From: an uncultured Candidatus Saccharibacteria bacterium
Lineage (GTDB): Bacteria; Patescibacteriota; Saccharimonadia; Saccharimonadales; Saccharimonadaceae
Reading direction: 5' to 3'
Assembly: GCA_947307355.1 (NCBI GenBank)
Contig: CAMZIV010000001.1
Location: 1-50,786 of the forward strand
DNA: 50,786 nucleotides
The notes under the pieces were generated by a model. It made no database searches and was not told the origin of the DNA. It was given only the letters and a program-made list of their open reading frames with translations. A program made the position numbers and the translations under genes. Positions within the stretch are counted from its first letter, which is position 1. Each line of letters opens with the position of its first letter. Shown one piece after another: positions 1-9,514 of this stretch.

Positions 1-82
1 ACCTGTTCCCATTCCGAACACAGAAGTCAAGCCCAGTCGCGCCGATTATACTGCTCTGCGGGAAACTAGGAAGGTGCCAAAT
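1..82 (+). rRNA. rrf: 5S rRNA, 3' part (truncated by window start; 3' end approximate)
   Basis: Conserved 5S motif CCTGTTCCCATTCCGAACACAGAAGTCAAGC...GGGAAACTAGG, followed by a terminator. Confidence 0.92.
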
Positions 83-87
83 TATGG

Positions 88-114
88 AAAAACCACTCGA
101 AAGAGTGGTTTTTT
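88..114 (+). terminator. Intrinsic terminator after 5S rRNA
   Basis: AAAAACCACTC-GAAA-GAGTGGTTTTTT hairpin plus T-tract. Confidence 0.9.
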
Positions 115-132
115 CTTTGTATAATAATGAGT

Positions 133-1419
133 ATGAGTAAAGAGAACGAAGAAACGTTAAAAATTTATGAGAGCTATGGGAATGCATATTTAGATAATGC
201 ACGAAAAAGACGTGGAGCGAAGGCGGAGGAAGTTAAAAAAGAGCGTTCTAAAGTAATATTGGATGCTTTTTCTGTGCTTGGAAAAGAAGCTAGAATTCTG
301 GAAATTGGTTCGGCGGATGGAGAAACGTCGCTCCTCGCAAGAGAATTAGGTTTTAAAGCGTATACCAGTGATGTTTCGTCACAGTTTTTAGATGTGATTA
401 AAAAAACCGGACTACCTTACTATAAGTTTGATGTACTCAAGGATGATTTAGGTGGTCGTAAGTTTGATGGTATAATGACATTTCGCGTGTTTGTGCATTT
501 TACTCCAGAAGATCTTTCTGAAGCCCTTGATAAAATTTATAAACTTCTACGTCCAGGCGGTAAGTTTATAGGTGATGTGATAAATGCTGAGGATAAGGGC
601 GGTAAAACCCATGAATGGATTGATTTTAAAAACGGTTATGAAATTGGTGTAGATAGATTTTTCTATTATTACAACGAAGAGCAGTTGAGGAAGATCATTA
701 ATAAATCTGGGTTTATTTTGAATGATTTGTATCTAAGTGGCGGCGATAATGGTAGGAAGAGATTTAATTTTATTTTAACTAAACCGTCTGGAGTGAAACC
801 GGAGGTAGAAAAATATATTACGGAAAAGATTTTGCCACAATACGACAAACTACTTGGGCATACTATTACGCATATAAACCAGGTGATTTCGAGGAGTCTT
901 GCAATTGCGGAGGATTTATCGGATGTGGACCGCGATATGGTTTATGTTGTAGCCGCATATCATGACCTCGGAAGAATTATTGATGATGAAACTCATAATA
1001 TTGAATCCGGCAAATTAATGCGAAAAGATGAAACTTTGAAGAAATTGTTTAATAATGAACAAATTGAACTGATGGTAGAAGCAGTGGAAGACCATCGTGC
1101 ATCACTTAAAGGTGAGCCTAGAAATATTTATGGTAGAATTGTGGGCACGGCAGACCGCTATATGGATTTAGATGATATGCTGGCGCGTTCGTATGACTAT
1201 ACGATGCATCTTCATCCAGAAATGAGCGATGACGAGATAATCGAAGAAGCCAGAATACATCTTCGTGAGAAATTCACACCGGATGGTTATGGTGCTAAAA
1301 AGATGTATTATCCATCCGTAGACGACAAGGAATGTTTTGAGACGATTGAAAGAATTACGCGCGACCCGTTGAAATACCGCAAGGTTATGAAAGAGTTCAA
1401 TAAAAAACGAAGAAAATAA
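133..1419 (+). CDS. Class I SAM methyltransferase fused to an HD-domain protein
   Basis: ILEIGSADG motif I, LLRPGG; C-terminal HT..HI, AYHDLGR, EDH, ADR HD motifs; start placed at ATG 133, 7 nt after TATAAT 120-125. Confidence 0.8.
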   Translation: MSKENEETLKIYESYGNAYLDNARKRRGAKAEEVKKERSKVILDAFSVLGKEARILEIGSADGETSLLARELGFKAYTSDVSSQFLDVIKKTGLPYYKFDVLKDDLGGRKFDGIMTFRVFVHFTPEDLSEALDKIYKLLRPGGKFIGDVINAEDKGGKTHEWIDFKNGYEIGVDRFFYYYNEEQLRKIINKSGFILNDLYLSGGDNGRKRFNFILTKPSGVKPEVEKYITEKILPQYDKLLGHTITHINQVISRSLAIAEDLSDVDRDMVYVVAAYHDLGRIIDDETHNIESGKLMRKDETLKKLFNNEQIELMVEAVEDHRASLKGEPRNIYGRIVGTADRYMDLDDMLARSYDYTMHLHPEMSDDEIIEEARIHLREKFTPDGYGAKKMYYPSVDDKECFETIERITRDPLKYRKVMKEFNKKRRK

Positions 1420-1454
1420 AAAAGAGTGTTGTAAATTTTACAACACTCTTTTTT
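1419..1454. terminator. Bidirectional terminator between convergent genes
   Basis: AAAAAGAGTGTTGTAA-ATT-TTACAACACTCTTTTT inverted repeat with A/T tracts on both sides. Confidence 0.88.
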
Positions 1455-1467
1455 GTTCTTACAAAGA

Positions 1468-2577
1468 TTATTCGTCTTCTTCGGCTTCTTCGAGAGCGGA
1501 GAGAAGAGAATCTTCAACGTTTTGTTTTTTCTTCTTGGCTGGAGCTTTAGAAAGCTCGATGTCGATATCAAAGCCAGTGAGTTTGGAAGCTAGGCGTACG
1601 TTTTGACCTTGCTTACCAATAGCGATAGATTGTTGATCTTCAGAAACGTAAACTTTGGCTTTTTTGCCATCAATCTCGACTTTAATAACTTCAGCTGGAG
1701 AAAGAGCTTCGCGGATATATTCGGAAGCGTTGTCGCTCCAGTTGATGATATCGATTTTTTCACGATCACCAATTTCATTCATAACGGCTTGGACACGAAT
1801 ACCGCGGCCACCTACGAAAGTACCAACTGGGTCTACGCCTGGGACGGTAGACATAACAGCGATTTTGGTGCGGCGACCAGCTTCGCGAGCGATACCACGA
1901 ATTTCTACAGTGCCGTTTTCGATTTCTGGAACTTCCTGGCGGAAGAGATATTCGATAAATTCAGCAGAACCACGAGAGAGAATGAGTTGAGCACCACGCT
2001 CGCTTCTTTCTACGCCCTTGATGAATACTTTGATACGGCTACCTACAGTGTAATACTCGCCATCGATTTGTTCGGAACGAGGCATGATACCATTGGCACG
2101 GCCAAGGTCTACGCGGACGATTCTGGATTCTACACGAGAGACAGTACCGGTGACTACGGTGCCGATTTTATCTTCAAATGCGGTGAGAACTGCATCGTTT
2201 TCAGCTTCGCGGAGACGTTGAACCACAACTTGTTTAGCAGTCATAGCGGCAACGCGACCAAAGGTAGTTACTTTGAATTTCTCTTCTACGACGTCGCCGA
2301 GTTTTGCACCTTTACCAGCTTCCTTTAAAGGAATCTCGGTAGATGGGTTGTAAGCAACATCATCTTCGATGACTTCGCGGGCTACAAATACATCAGCTTC
2401 GCCATTTTTGGTGTTTAGAACGGCGCGTACATTCATTTCACGGTCGCCGTTGTCTTTGCGCCAAGCGGCAGCAATTGCTTGCTCGATGACGTCAAGGACA
2501 GTTTCTTTTGGTAAGCCTTTTTCTTCGGCAATAATGTCAACCATTGCAGACATTTGTTTGAGGTCTAGGTTTTCCAT
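1468..2577 (-). CDS. nusA: Transcription termination factor NusA
   Basis: FGRVAAMTAKQ, S1 domain, LILSRG, AREAGRRTKIAV, AIGKQGQNVRLA KH motifs. Confidence 0.98.
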   Translation of the reverse strand: MENLDLKQMSAMVDIIAEEKGLPKETVLDVIEQAIAAAWRKDNGDREMNVRAVLNTKNGEADVFVAREVIEDDVAYNPSTEIPLKEAGKGAKLGDVVEEKFKVTTFGRVAAMTAKQVVVQRLREAENDAVLTAFEDKIGTVVTGTVSRVESRIVRVDLGRANGIMPRSEQIDGEYYTVGSRIKVFIKGVERSERGAQLILSRGSAEFIEYLFRQEVPEIENGTVEIRGIAREAGRRTKIAVMSTVPGVDPVGTFVGGRGIRVQAVMNEIGDREKIDIINWSDNASEYIREALSPAEVIKVEIDGKKAKVYVSEDQQSIAIGKQGQNVRLASKLTGFDIDIELSKAPAKKKKQNVEDSLLSALEEAEEDE

Positions 2578-2593
2578 TTTTTATCCTTTCCTT

Positions 2594-2648
2594 AAAATAA
2601 AACAGCCGGCCCTGCCGGGTCGGTCAAATGCTGTATATATTTATTATA
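2594..2648 (-). promoter_or_regulatory. nusA promoter (-10 at 2643-2648) and leader hairpin with U-tract, possible attenuator
   Basis: Minus strand ACAGC..CCGACCC-GGCA-GGGCCGG-CTGT-TTTATTTT upstream of the nusA RBS. Confidence 0.55.
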
Positions 2649-2726
2649 GCAAATTGTTGTAAAAAAACAAGATTTTTGGTATAATTAAATTACTGATTTT
2701 TACTTGTAATTAACAAAAAGGAGACT

Positions 2727-4856
2727 ATGAATAAACAGGAAGAGGAGCGTCGTGCGCGCCTTCTAAAATCGAGAGCAGAGCGTCTGCCAGATATTAAGAA
2801 ACAGTTTGAAGAAGCGCAAAAACGTAACTTTAATGCAAACTTTGCCCCAGGTGGTAAAGATGAAAAATTAGTGAAAAAGCCAGCTGCTAAAAAGGCTGCA
2901 AAGCCAACTAAGGCCGCTAAGGCACCAAAAGAAACTGCGAAATCCAAAGCTAAAACTGAAGCAGAGAAACGCAAAGTTAATTTGTCTGTCAGCACCAAAA
3001 AAGGCGAGATGGTGCATCACCAAAGAATGCTTTCTCAAGACGTGAATGCGCAAGCTACTCAACATATTATTGGTGTGCCGGTAAATAAATCTCGCTACAA
3101 TGGCTACAATGGTGAGCAAGTCACAAACGCAAAACTCAAAAACATGCGCCCGGATCCAGATTCTGTCCGTATTATTCCAATTGGTGGTGTAGGTGAGTTT
3201 GGTATTGGTAAAAATATGACCATCATCGAATATAAGACCGAGATGATCGTAATCGATATGGGTGTGCTATTTGCCGGTGAGGATTATCCTGGCGTAAACT
3301 ACATGATTCCAGATATTAAATATCTAGAAGATAATATGAGTAAGGTGAAGGCGATTTGCTTTACGCACGCGCATCTAGATCACATCGGAGCCTGTAGACA
3401 TTTACTTCCAAAGTTTAGCCCGCTAATTCCAATTTATGGTACGGACTTTACGATCGGTATGATCAAAAAACAAATGTCTGAGCTTGATGATGTGCCGGAT
3501 ATGAATTATATTACGGTTGATCCTTTGAAGCACGAAAAGATTCAGGTGTCTGAGAATTTCTCAGTAGAATTTATTCATACTTTGCACTCAATTCCGGGTA
3601 ATGCATCGATTTTGGTTCGCACACCAAATGGCACGATTTATCTCTCTGGTGACTGGCGCCATGAAGAAAACCCAATGGGTATTCAAACTGACTATGAACG
3701 TCTAGACGAAATTGCCGCTAAAGAAGGAATCGACTTGATGCTTAATGAGTCTACAAACATTGACTCGCCAGGCAAACACCCGCATTCCGAATTTGATGTT
3801 GGTGATAACCTTGGTAAAGTAATGGATCACTATGTAAATGGTCGTGTGATTATTTCTTGTTTCTCATCACAAATTGCACGTATCGGATTGATTTTGAAAG
3901 AGGCAGCTGCACGTGGACGCAAGGTGGCATTTTCTGGTTTTTCAATGATTAACAACGTAGAAGTTGCACTTCGCGCTAAAGCAATTAAAGTACCAAAAGA
4001 CACGATTGTAAAAATGGAAGACATTGTAAAGCTTCCGGATGAGCAGGTTTGTATCGTCTGTACTGGTTCGCAAGGCGAAATGAACGCCGTACTTAACCGT
4101 ATGGTGACTGGTGCGCATAAATATATCAAAATTAAATCTACTGATACGATTGTATTTTCATCTAACCCAATTCCAGGTAACGAACCACATGTAGTAAACA
4201 CTGTAGATGGGTTGCTACGTGAAGGTGCGCAGGTGATTCAAAATGGTAAAACACATTTAACCAATATTGGGCCTTTGCACTTGTCTGGTCATGCGTATTA
4301 TGAAGATCATGTAGAATTTGTAACTCGTATGCACCCAACCAACTACATGCCATATCACGGTGAGTTTTACATGCTTGAGCATAATGCTGAAATGGCGGAG
4401 AATGTAATTGGAATTCCGCGTGACAGAATTCTTGTTTCTGATGACGGTGACATTATTGAGTTTACTAAGGACAAGAAAATTAAGAAGGCTGGACGTATCG
4501 CGGTGGGGAATAAACTTTATGATGATGCAGACCAACCAGTGCATGAAGCTGTAGTAAAAGATCGTATTCATATTTCTCGTGAAGGTATCTTTGTGATTGT
4601 TCTTACCCTCAATAAAAAGACCGGTCATCTTATGAAAACTCCGGACATTGTGTCACGTGCGTTTATTTATCTCGATAATTCGGAAGAGTTAATTGGCAAG
4701 ATTCGTCATTATCTTCGTCAGAAGACTGACAAGTCGATTTCTACTGACCCTGAAATGAAGGTATTAAAGGAAGAGATTAAAGAAGATATTACGCACATCT
4801 TGTTTGATGCAACTGGACATACTCCAATTGTAATTCCAGTGATTAATAAAGTTTAG
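2727..4856 (+). CDS. rnj: Ribonuclease J with Lys/Ala-rich N-terminal extension
   Basis: IGGVGEFGIGKNM, THAHLDHIG, HSIP, CTGSQGE, HLSGHA, PYHGE metallo-beta-lactamase/beta-CASP motifs. Confidence 0.96.
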   Translation: MNKQEEERRARLLKSRAERLPDIKKQFEEAQKRNFNANFAPGGKDEKLVKKPAAKKAAKPTKAAKAPKETAKSKAKTEAEKRKVNLSVSTKKGEMVHHQRMLSQDVNAQATQHIIGVPVNKSRYNGYNGEQVTNAKLKNMRPDPDSVRIIPIGGVGEFGIGKNMTIIEYKTEMIVIDMGVLFAGEDYPGVNYMIPDIKYLEDNMSKVKAICFTHAHLDHIGACRHLLPKFSPLIPIYGTDFTIGMIKKQMSELDDVPDMNYITVDPLKHEKIQVSENFSVEFIHTLHSIPGNASILVRTPNGTIYLSGDWRHEENPMGIQTDYERLDEIAAKEGIDLMLNESTNIDSPGKHPHSEFDVGDNLGKVMDHYVNGRVIISCFSSQIARIGLILKEAAARGRKVAFSGFSMINNVEVALRAKAIKVPKDTIVKMEDIVKLPDEQVCIVCTGSQGEMNAVLNRMVTGAHKYIKIKSTDTIVFSSNPIPGNEPHVVNTVDGLLREGAQVIQNGKTHLTNIGPLHLSGHAYYEDHVEFVTRMHPTNYMPYHGEFYMLEHNAEMAENVIGIPRDRILVSDDGDIIEFTKDKKIKKAGRIAVGNKLYDDADQPVHEAVVKDRIHISREGIFVIVLTLNKKTGHLMKTPDIVSRAFIYLDNSEELIGKIRHYLRQKTDKSISTDPEMKVLKEEIKEDITHILFDATGHTPIVIPVINKV

Positions 4857-4863
4857 GAGGATT

Positions 4864-5610
4864 ATGTTTGACGTAGTAATTATTGGCGCAGGGATGGCAG
4901 GACTCACCGCGGCGATTTATGCTGGGCGTTCTGGTAAGAATGTTTTAGTCTTAGAAAGTAAGGTAAAAGGTGGGGAAATTGTTGAAAGCGAGCTGGTTTC
5001 TAATTATCCTGGCGTTAAAGATATTTCTGGCACAGATTTAATGAAAACTGTGGCGGAGCAGGCCGAGAGTTTTGGTGCGAAAATTAAGTATGCTGAAGTA
5101 ACTAAAATTGTTAATCGCGGTGAAGTAAAAGTCGTAGAGACTGATGATGGTGAATATGAAGCTAAGGCGGTGATTCTTGCGATGGGTACGGAGCCTCGCA
5201 GGCTTAGTGAAAAACAAGCTGCGGATGCTGGGAAAAGGCCGGTTTCTTATTGTGCTACTTGTGACGGTGCGCTCTATGCTGGTAAACCGGTGGTGGTAGT
5301 AGGTAGCGGCAATACCGCTAAATATACAATGATGTATTTGGAAAATATTGCGTCGAAAGTTTATCATATTCATCACGACGACCCAATTCCAGAAGATGCC
5401 GAGGCAGTGTTTGTAGCAATTGGTCGCGTGCCACAAACTAAGTTTCTTGAAGGTTTGGTTGAGCTAGATTCTAATGGATATGTGGTGGCGGGTGAAGATT
5501 GTAAAACTTCTTGCCCAGGTATTTATGTGGCGGGTGATTGTAGAACTAAATCTACGCGCCAACTCGTAACTGCGGCTGGTGATGGCGCAGTTGCGGCTAG
5601 TATGGTATAA
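4864..5610 (+). CDS. trxB: Thioredoxin reductase-like flavoprotein, internally shortened
   Basis: IIGAGMAGLTAAIY FAD motif, SYCATCDG redox motif, TS.PGIYVAGD, QLVTAAGDG. Confidence 0.8.
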   Translation: MFDVVIIGAGMAGLTAAIYAGRSGKNVLVLESKVKGGEIVESELVSNYPGVKDISGTDLMKTVAEQAESFGAKIKYAEVTKIVNRGEVKVVETDDGEYEAKAVILAMGTEPRRLSEKQAADAGKRPVSYCATCDGALYAGKPVVVVGSGNTAKYTMMYLENIASKVYHIHHDDPIPEDAEAVFVAIGRVPQTKFLEGLVELDSNGYVVAGEDCKTSCPGIYVAGDCRTKSTRQLVTAAGDGAVAASMV

Positions 5611-5619
5611 TTAAAGGGT

Positions 5620-5704
5620 GCCCCGGTGGCGGAATTGGTATACGCGTTCGACTTAAAATCGAATGGAGAAATCCATATGAGTTCAAGTCTCATCCGGGGC
5701 ACCA
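5620..5704 (+). tRNA. tRNA-Leu(TAA)
   Basis: GCCCCGG/CCGGGGC acceptor stem, TTCGA-CTTAAAA-TCGAA anticodon arm, long variable arm, ACCA end. Confidence 0.96.
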
Positions 5705-5726
5705 TTTTTTTGCTATAATAATACAT

Positions 5727-6248
5727 ATGAGTATTCTTGCGATAATTGCGCAGATTTGTAACGGTATTGGTACTCTTATCAACGCCATTGGTATTTCTGT
5801 GAAAGACAAACAAAAACTATTACTAATTTTTATTATTGGAAATATTTTCTGTGCGCTTGCAGTAGGTTTGCTTGGTGCAGTATCTGGCACACTCGTACTG
5901 ATTATATTTGTAATTGAAACGATCATTAACTATTTCTGGGAAAAGAAGCACGACAAATACCCAATTTGGATGATTGCATTGTATATTATTATTCCGTGTG
6001 CGGTTTTGATTGCTACAGCAACAACGCCGTGGGATATTCTACCTATTGCTGCAGGTGTCCTGTTCCCGCTTGCAATGGTATCAAAGGGATTTGTTTTGAG
6101 GCTTTTAAATATGCTTTCTGTAGTAGTTTGGGTTCCTTATAATTTTGTTTTTGGCCAATATGTAGGTGCAATTAGCTGTGCGATTTTTACAATCGTAAAT
6201 TTAGTTGCAATCATAAGATTTGACTTATTGAAACAAAAGGAAAAATAA
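5727..6248 (+). CDS. YgjV-like inner membrane protein
   Basis: Several TM helices; WDILPI and LRLLNML..VWVPYN pattern. Confidence 0.7.
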   Translation: MSILAIIAQICNGIGTLINAIGISVKDKQKLLLIFIIGNIFCALAVGLLGAVSGTLVLIIFVIETIINYFWEKKHDKYPIWMIALYIIIPCAVLIATATTPWDILPIAAGVLFPLAMVSKGFVLRLLNMLSVVVWVPYNFVFGQYVGAISCAIFTIVNLVAIIRFDLLKQKEK

Positions 6249-7069
6249 TGAATATATTATATTGTGGCGACAAGGGTATTAAGGATGGAGTTCTGGTTTC
6301 GATTTTGTCGATTATTAAATATAATGATGAACCGATTCATTTTTATATTTTGACAATCAATTATGAAGATACAGTGGCGTTTACGGAAAAGTCTGCAAAG
6401 TTTCTAGACAAACTCGTAAAAGAAAAAAACGACAAGAGTTTTGTAAAATTGATTGATGCAACAAAAGTTTTTGTAGAAAATTTGCCAAAGAAAAATATGG
6501 GTTCTTATTTTACGCCATGTTCGATGCTCCGGCTTTACATTGATAAGGTGCCAGAAATTGCAACTCTAGATCGCGTGCTATATCTCGATTATGACGTGAT
6601 GTGTCGTGATGAACTTAAAGAATTTTATAATACAAATCTTGATGGTATTGAGGCGGCGGGTGTGCTAGATATTTATGGCAAGAATTTTTATCATTATCGC
6701 GGACTATTCAATTTTGATTATATGAATTCTGGAGTGATGCTATTTAATATGCCAGAATGCTTGAAGACGAAGATGTTTGAGAAGGCCGCGGCACTTTGTG
6801 CGGAGCGTTGGATGATGCTCGCGGACCAGGCGGCGCTAAACAAAATGATTGAAAAACGCAAGTTGATGCCAAGAAAATTCAATGAACAAGGCGAGAGACC
6901 AAAGAATGATACTGTGCTCCATCATTTTAGCAATAACTTTAAATTTTTCCCATATTTTAAAGTACAGAAAGTGAAGCCATTTGAGATTGATAAAATTCAT
7001 CGCGTTTTGAAGATTACGGAGTATGATGATATACTAGAAGAGTACGAAAAGCTTAAGGAGAATTTGTAA
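6248..7069 (+). CDS. Glycosyltransferase family 8
   Basis: RVLYLDYD (DxD), YMNSGVMLFN, DQAALN, LHHF. Confidence 0.9.
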   Translation: MNILYCGDKGIKDGVLVSILSIIKYNDEPIHFYILTINYEDTVAFTEKSAKFLDKLVKEKNDKSFVKLIDATKVFVENLPKKNMGSYFTPCSMLRLYIDKVPEIATLDRVLYLDYDVMCRDELKEFYNTNLDGIEAAGVLDIYGKNFYHYRGLFNFDYMNSGVMLFNMPECLKTKMFEKAAALCAERWMMLADQAALNKMIEKRKLMPRKFNEQGERPKNDTVLHHFSNNFKFFPYFKVQKVKPFEIDKIHRVLKITEYDDILEEYEKLKENL

Positions 7070-7902
7070 TGGCAAAGGCTGAATTATTTCAGAAAGACAT
7101 CCCAAAAGAAGAGAGGGTGTTCTATTACACATCCGAAGAAGATGACCCGATCAAGACTGACGAGCAAGAGAAAAAGATTGAAGTAGGTTTGCCGGAAGAC
7201 TATGAATTCATTTTTAAGAACCCATTTAAGAAAATGTGGGCTTCGATAGTGTTCTCGGGTTTTTATGTTTTTGGACATTGGTATGAAAAGCGTTATTGGC
7301 AGGCAAAGTTTTATGGGCGCGAAAAACTGAAAGCTGCAAAAGGTAAAGGCTATGTGCTTTACGCGAACCACACAAACCCGTTTCATGATGTGTTTGGTCC
7401 AGCGCTGGCGGCAGACCGGAAGATTTATACCATTATTAGTCCAGTGAATCTGAAGATTCCTAAAATTGGAAAGTTACTTCCTTTAATTGGTGGTTTGCCA
7501 CTTGGTAAAACTAAGGAAGAAAAACAGGCTTTTAACGAGGCGGTAGACAAACGGCTGAAGCAAAAACGTGTAATTGTGATTTACCCGGAGGCACACCTCT
7601 GGCCGTACTATACTGGTATTAAAAAATTCCCAGCGGGTGACAAATCTTTTAAATATGCGTCGCGCAACAATTTGCCAATTTTTACAATGACTACCACTTA
7701 TCACAAACGTAGGGATAAAAAACATGGCGATCTTCCACGGATGGATGTTTATGTGGATGGTCCGTTTTGGCCGGACGAGAAATTAAGCGAAGAAGAAAAT
7801 CGCGCGAAACTCGCCAAAGAAGCTTATGATAGTATGGTAAAATATAGTAAGAAAAGTACTTATAATTATTTTGAATACATCAAGAAAGATAAAAAGAAAT
7901 GA
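7069..7902 (+). CDS. Lysophospholipid acyltransferase family (PlsC-like)
   Basis: ANHTNPFHD catalytic motif, IYPEAH block, YVDGPF. Confidence 0.8.
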   Translation: MAKAELFQKDIPKEERVFYYTSEEDDPIKTDEQEKKIEVGLPEDYEFIFKNPFKKMWASIVFSGFYVFGHWYEKRYWQAKFYGREKLKAAKGKGYVLYANHTNPFHDVFGPALAADRKIYTIISPVNLKIPKIGKLLPLIGGLPLGKTKEEKQAFNEAVDKRLKQKRVIVIYPEAHLWPYYTGIKKFPAGDKSFKYASRNNLPIFTMTTTYHKRRDKKHGDLPRMDVYVDGPFWPDEKLSEEENRAKLAKEAYDSMVKYSKKSTYNYFEYIKKDKKK

Positions 7903-8873
7903 GTATATTTAACGCTGGTATTAATCCGTTCAAGATTAAGAATACTAAGGTTATTCCGGTTTTTTATACAATTACGGATGATTATGCTAAGTATGCGGCC
8001 GCCTCAATTAGCTCAGTGATGAAGCACGCAAATCCCAACCGTCATTATCGTATCATCATTATGTACGATAAACTTAATTGGCGAAATCGTTTGCGTCTTC
8101 GTAATATGGTGACGCGAAACTGTGCAATTGAATTTCATAAAATGAAATATAATCTCTATATGCAAATCATTGTGAGATATTGTGCCAAGCGCAGTGGCTC
8201 TGGCGATTTCTTTGCAAATGCGGTGTATTATTACCGTGCGTTTATTGCCAGGATTTTTATGCGCTATGACAAGGGTATTTATGTCGATAGTGACACGATT
8301 TTGATGGATGATATTGGCAAACTTTACGATATCGATCTTGGTGATAATGTGATCGCGGCGCGCCCAGATTTGAAAGTGGCGATGGTGAAGGAATTTGTGG
8401 ATTATGTAGAAAAAGGACTTGATGTGCCGCATAAGGATTACGTGAATTCCGGTGTGCTTTTGATGGACCTAAAGAAATTACGCAGTCTTCACTATATTAC
8501 GCAAATGACGGATCTTATTAAAGAAGATGCAGACCTTGTGGCACCAGACCAAGATTATTTAAATGTAATTTTGAAAGGCAAAATTATGCATCTTGGCAAG
8601 GAATGGAACTGCCAGCCAGAAGGGGAGGATCCAAAAGGCGCAAAAATTTTGCATTTTAATTTGTCCAAGAAACCATGGTTCCATGAGGACGTAAATTGTG
8701 GCGAGGAATTTTGGAAGGCCGCAAAGGGAACTGGTTTTTATGGTGATCTTATGCGTGGCAAAGAAAGATATACTGCTGATGACGAAGCTGCTGCTGCAAA
8801 TAAAATTAAGGCTTTGATAGAAAAGGCTGCCAAACTTTCTAAAGTTAAAAAACCACTTCTAAAAACAAAATAA
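7899..8873 (+). CDS. Glycosyltransferase family 8
   Basis: IYVDSD, YVNSGVLLMDL, PDQDYLN, ILHFNLSKKPW. Confidence 0.9.
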   Translation: MSIFNAGINPFKIKNTKVIPVFYTITDDYAKYAAASISSVMKHANPNRHYRIIIMYDKLNWRNRLRLRNMVTRNCAIEFHKMKYNLYMQIIVRYCAKRSGSGDFFANAVYYYRAFIARIFMRYDKGIYVDSDTILMDDIGKLYDIDLGDNVIAARPDLKVAMVKEFVDYVEKGLDVPHKDYVNSGVLLMDLKKLRSLHYITQMTDLIKEDADLVAPDQDYLNVILKGKIMHLGKEWNCQPEGEDPKGAKILHFNLSKKPWFHEDVNCGEEFWKAAKGTGFYGDLMRGKERYTADDEAAAANKIKALIEKAAKLSKVKKPLLKTK

Positions 8874-8912
8874 AAATCCGGCCCTGTGAAGGGCCGGTTT
8901 TAGTTTTAGGAT
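8872..8912. terminator. Cassette 1 terminator (bidirectional) plus adjacent TAGTTTTAGGAT box
   Basis: CCGGCCCT-GTGA-AGGGCCGG hairpin; near-identical copy at 10622-10660. Confidence 0.85.
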
Positions 8913-8917
8913 AAATT

Positions 8918-9514
8918 TTAAGGATATCTTATTTCCTTTATAAGGAGAAGTTCCGGGAAACGTGTCGAGGATTTGAAGAGTATTCTTGCAAGTCCTTTGT
9001 AGCTATCTTTTAATTCACTTGCAAAGAAGCTGATCATAAGATTAACAGCTCCCGACATTCGACAATTATTTCTAATATAGAATGTTAGTGCCAAGATGAT
9101 TTCTTCAGAAAAATCTTCATCTTTTGGATAAGGATAGGTTAAATCAACCACATACTTGCCGTGAGTAAGAATTTTTATTATCTCTTCAACATTTTCACAA
9201 TCTTTTTGGATAGTGAAGATTTTTTTGATTTCGTTCCTGTAATTTCCACTTTCGCTCTCTACAATATTAAAAGCTCTAGAATAGATAATTTCTTTATCAT
9301 TCTCGGTTTTGACATATACAGTTTCTGCGACTATGTGTTCATTAGTAAACAACGATTCCATGACTTTCTGCGACTCTTCTTTAAGTTCTTGATAGAATTC
9401 TTCTAAAAGTTGAGTTCTTTCTTTGTAAAGTGATGCCTGCTTAGGAAGTTTATCGTTTTTGTCGATCTCTTCGGTAAGCTTATTCAATTTTTCACGGTAT
9501 TCATCATTTGTCAT
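8918..9514 (-). CDS. Hypothetical protein, tandem paralogue (most divergent)
   Basis: 198-aa ORF, SD GGGGTGG; EIILALTFYIRNN..SGAV..MISFF resembles the shared C-terminal motif. Confidence 0.8.
   Translation of the reverse strand: MTNDEYREKLNKLTEEIDKNDKLPKQASLYKERTQLLEEFYQELKEESQKVMESLFTNEHIVAETVYVKTENDKEIIYSRAFNIVESESGNYRNEIKKIFTIQKDCENVEEIIKILTHGKYVVDLTYPYPKDEDFSEEIILALTFYIRNNCRMSGAVNLMISFFASELKDSYKGLARILFKSSTRFPELLLIKEIRYP

Noticed and set aside
1603..2328. Long antisense ORFs (also 27261-27830, 39159-39794, 40264-40791)
   Set aside because: They lie opposite well-conserved genes and show no recognisable motifs; shadow ORFs
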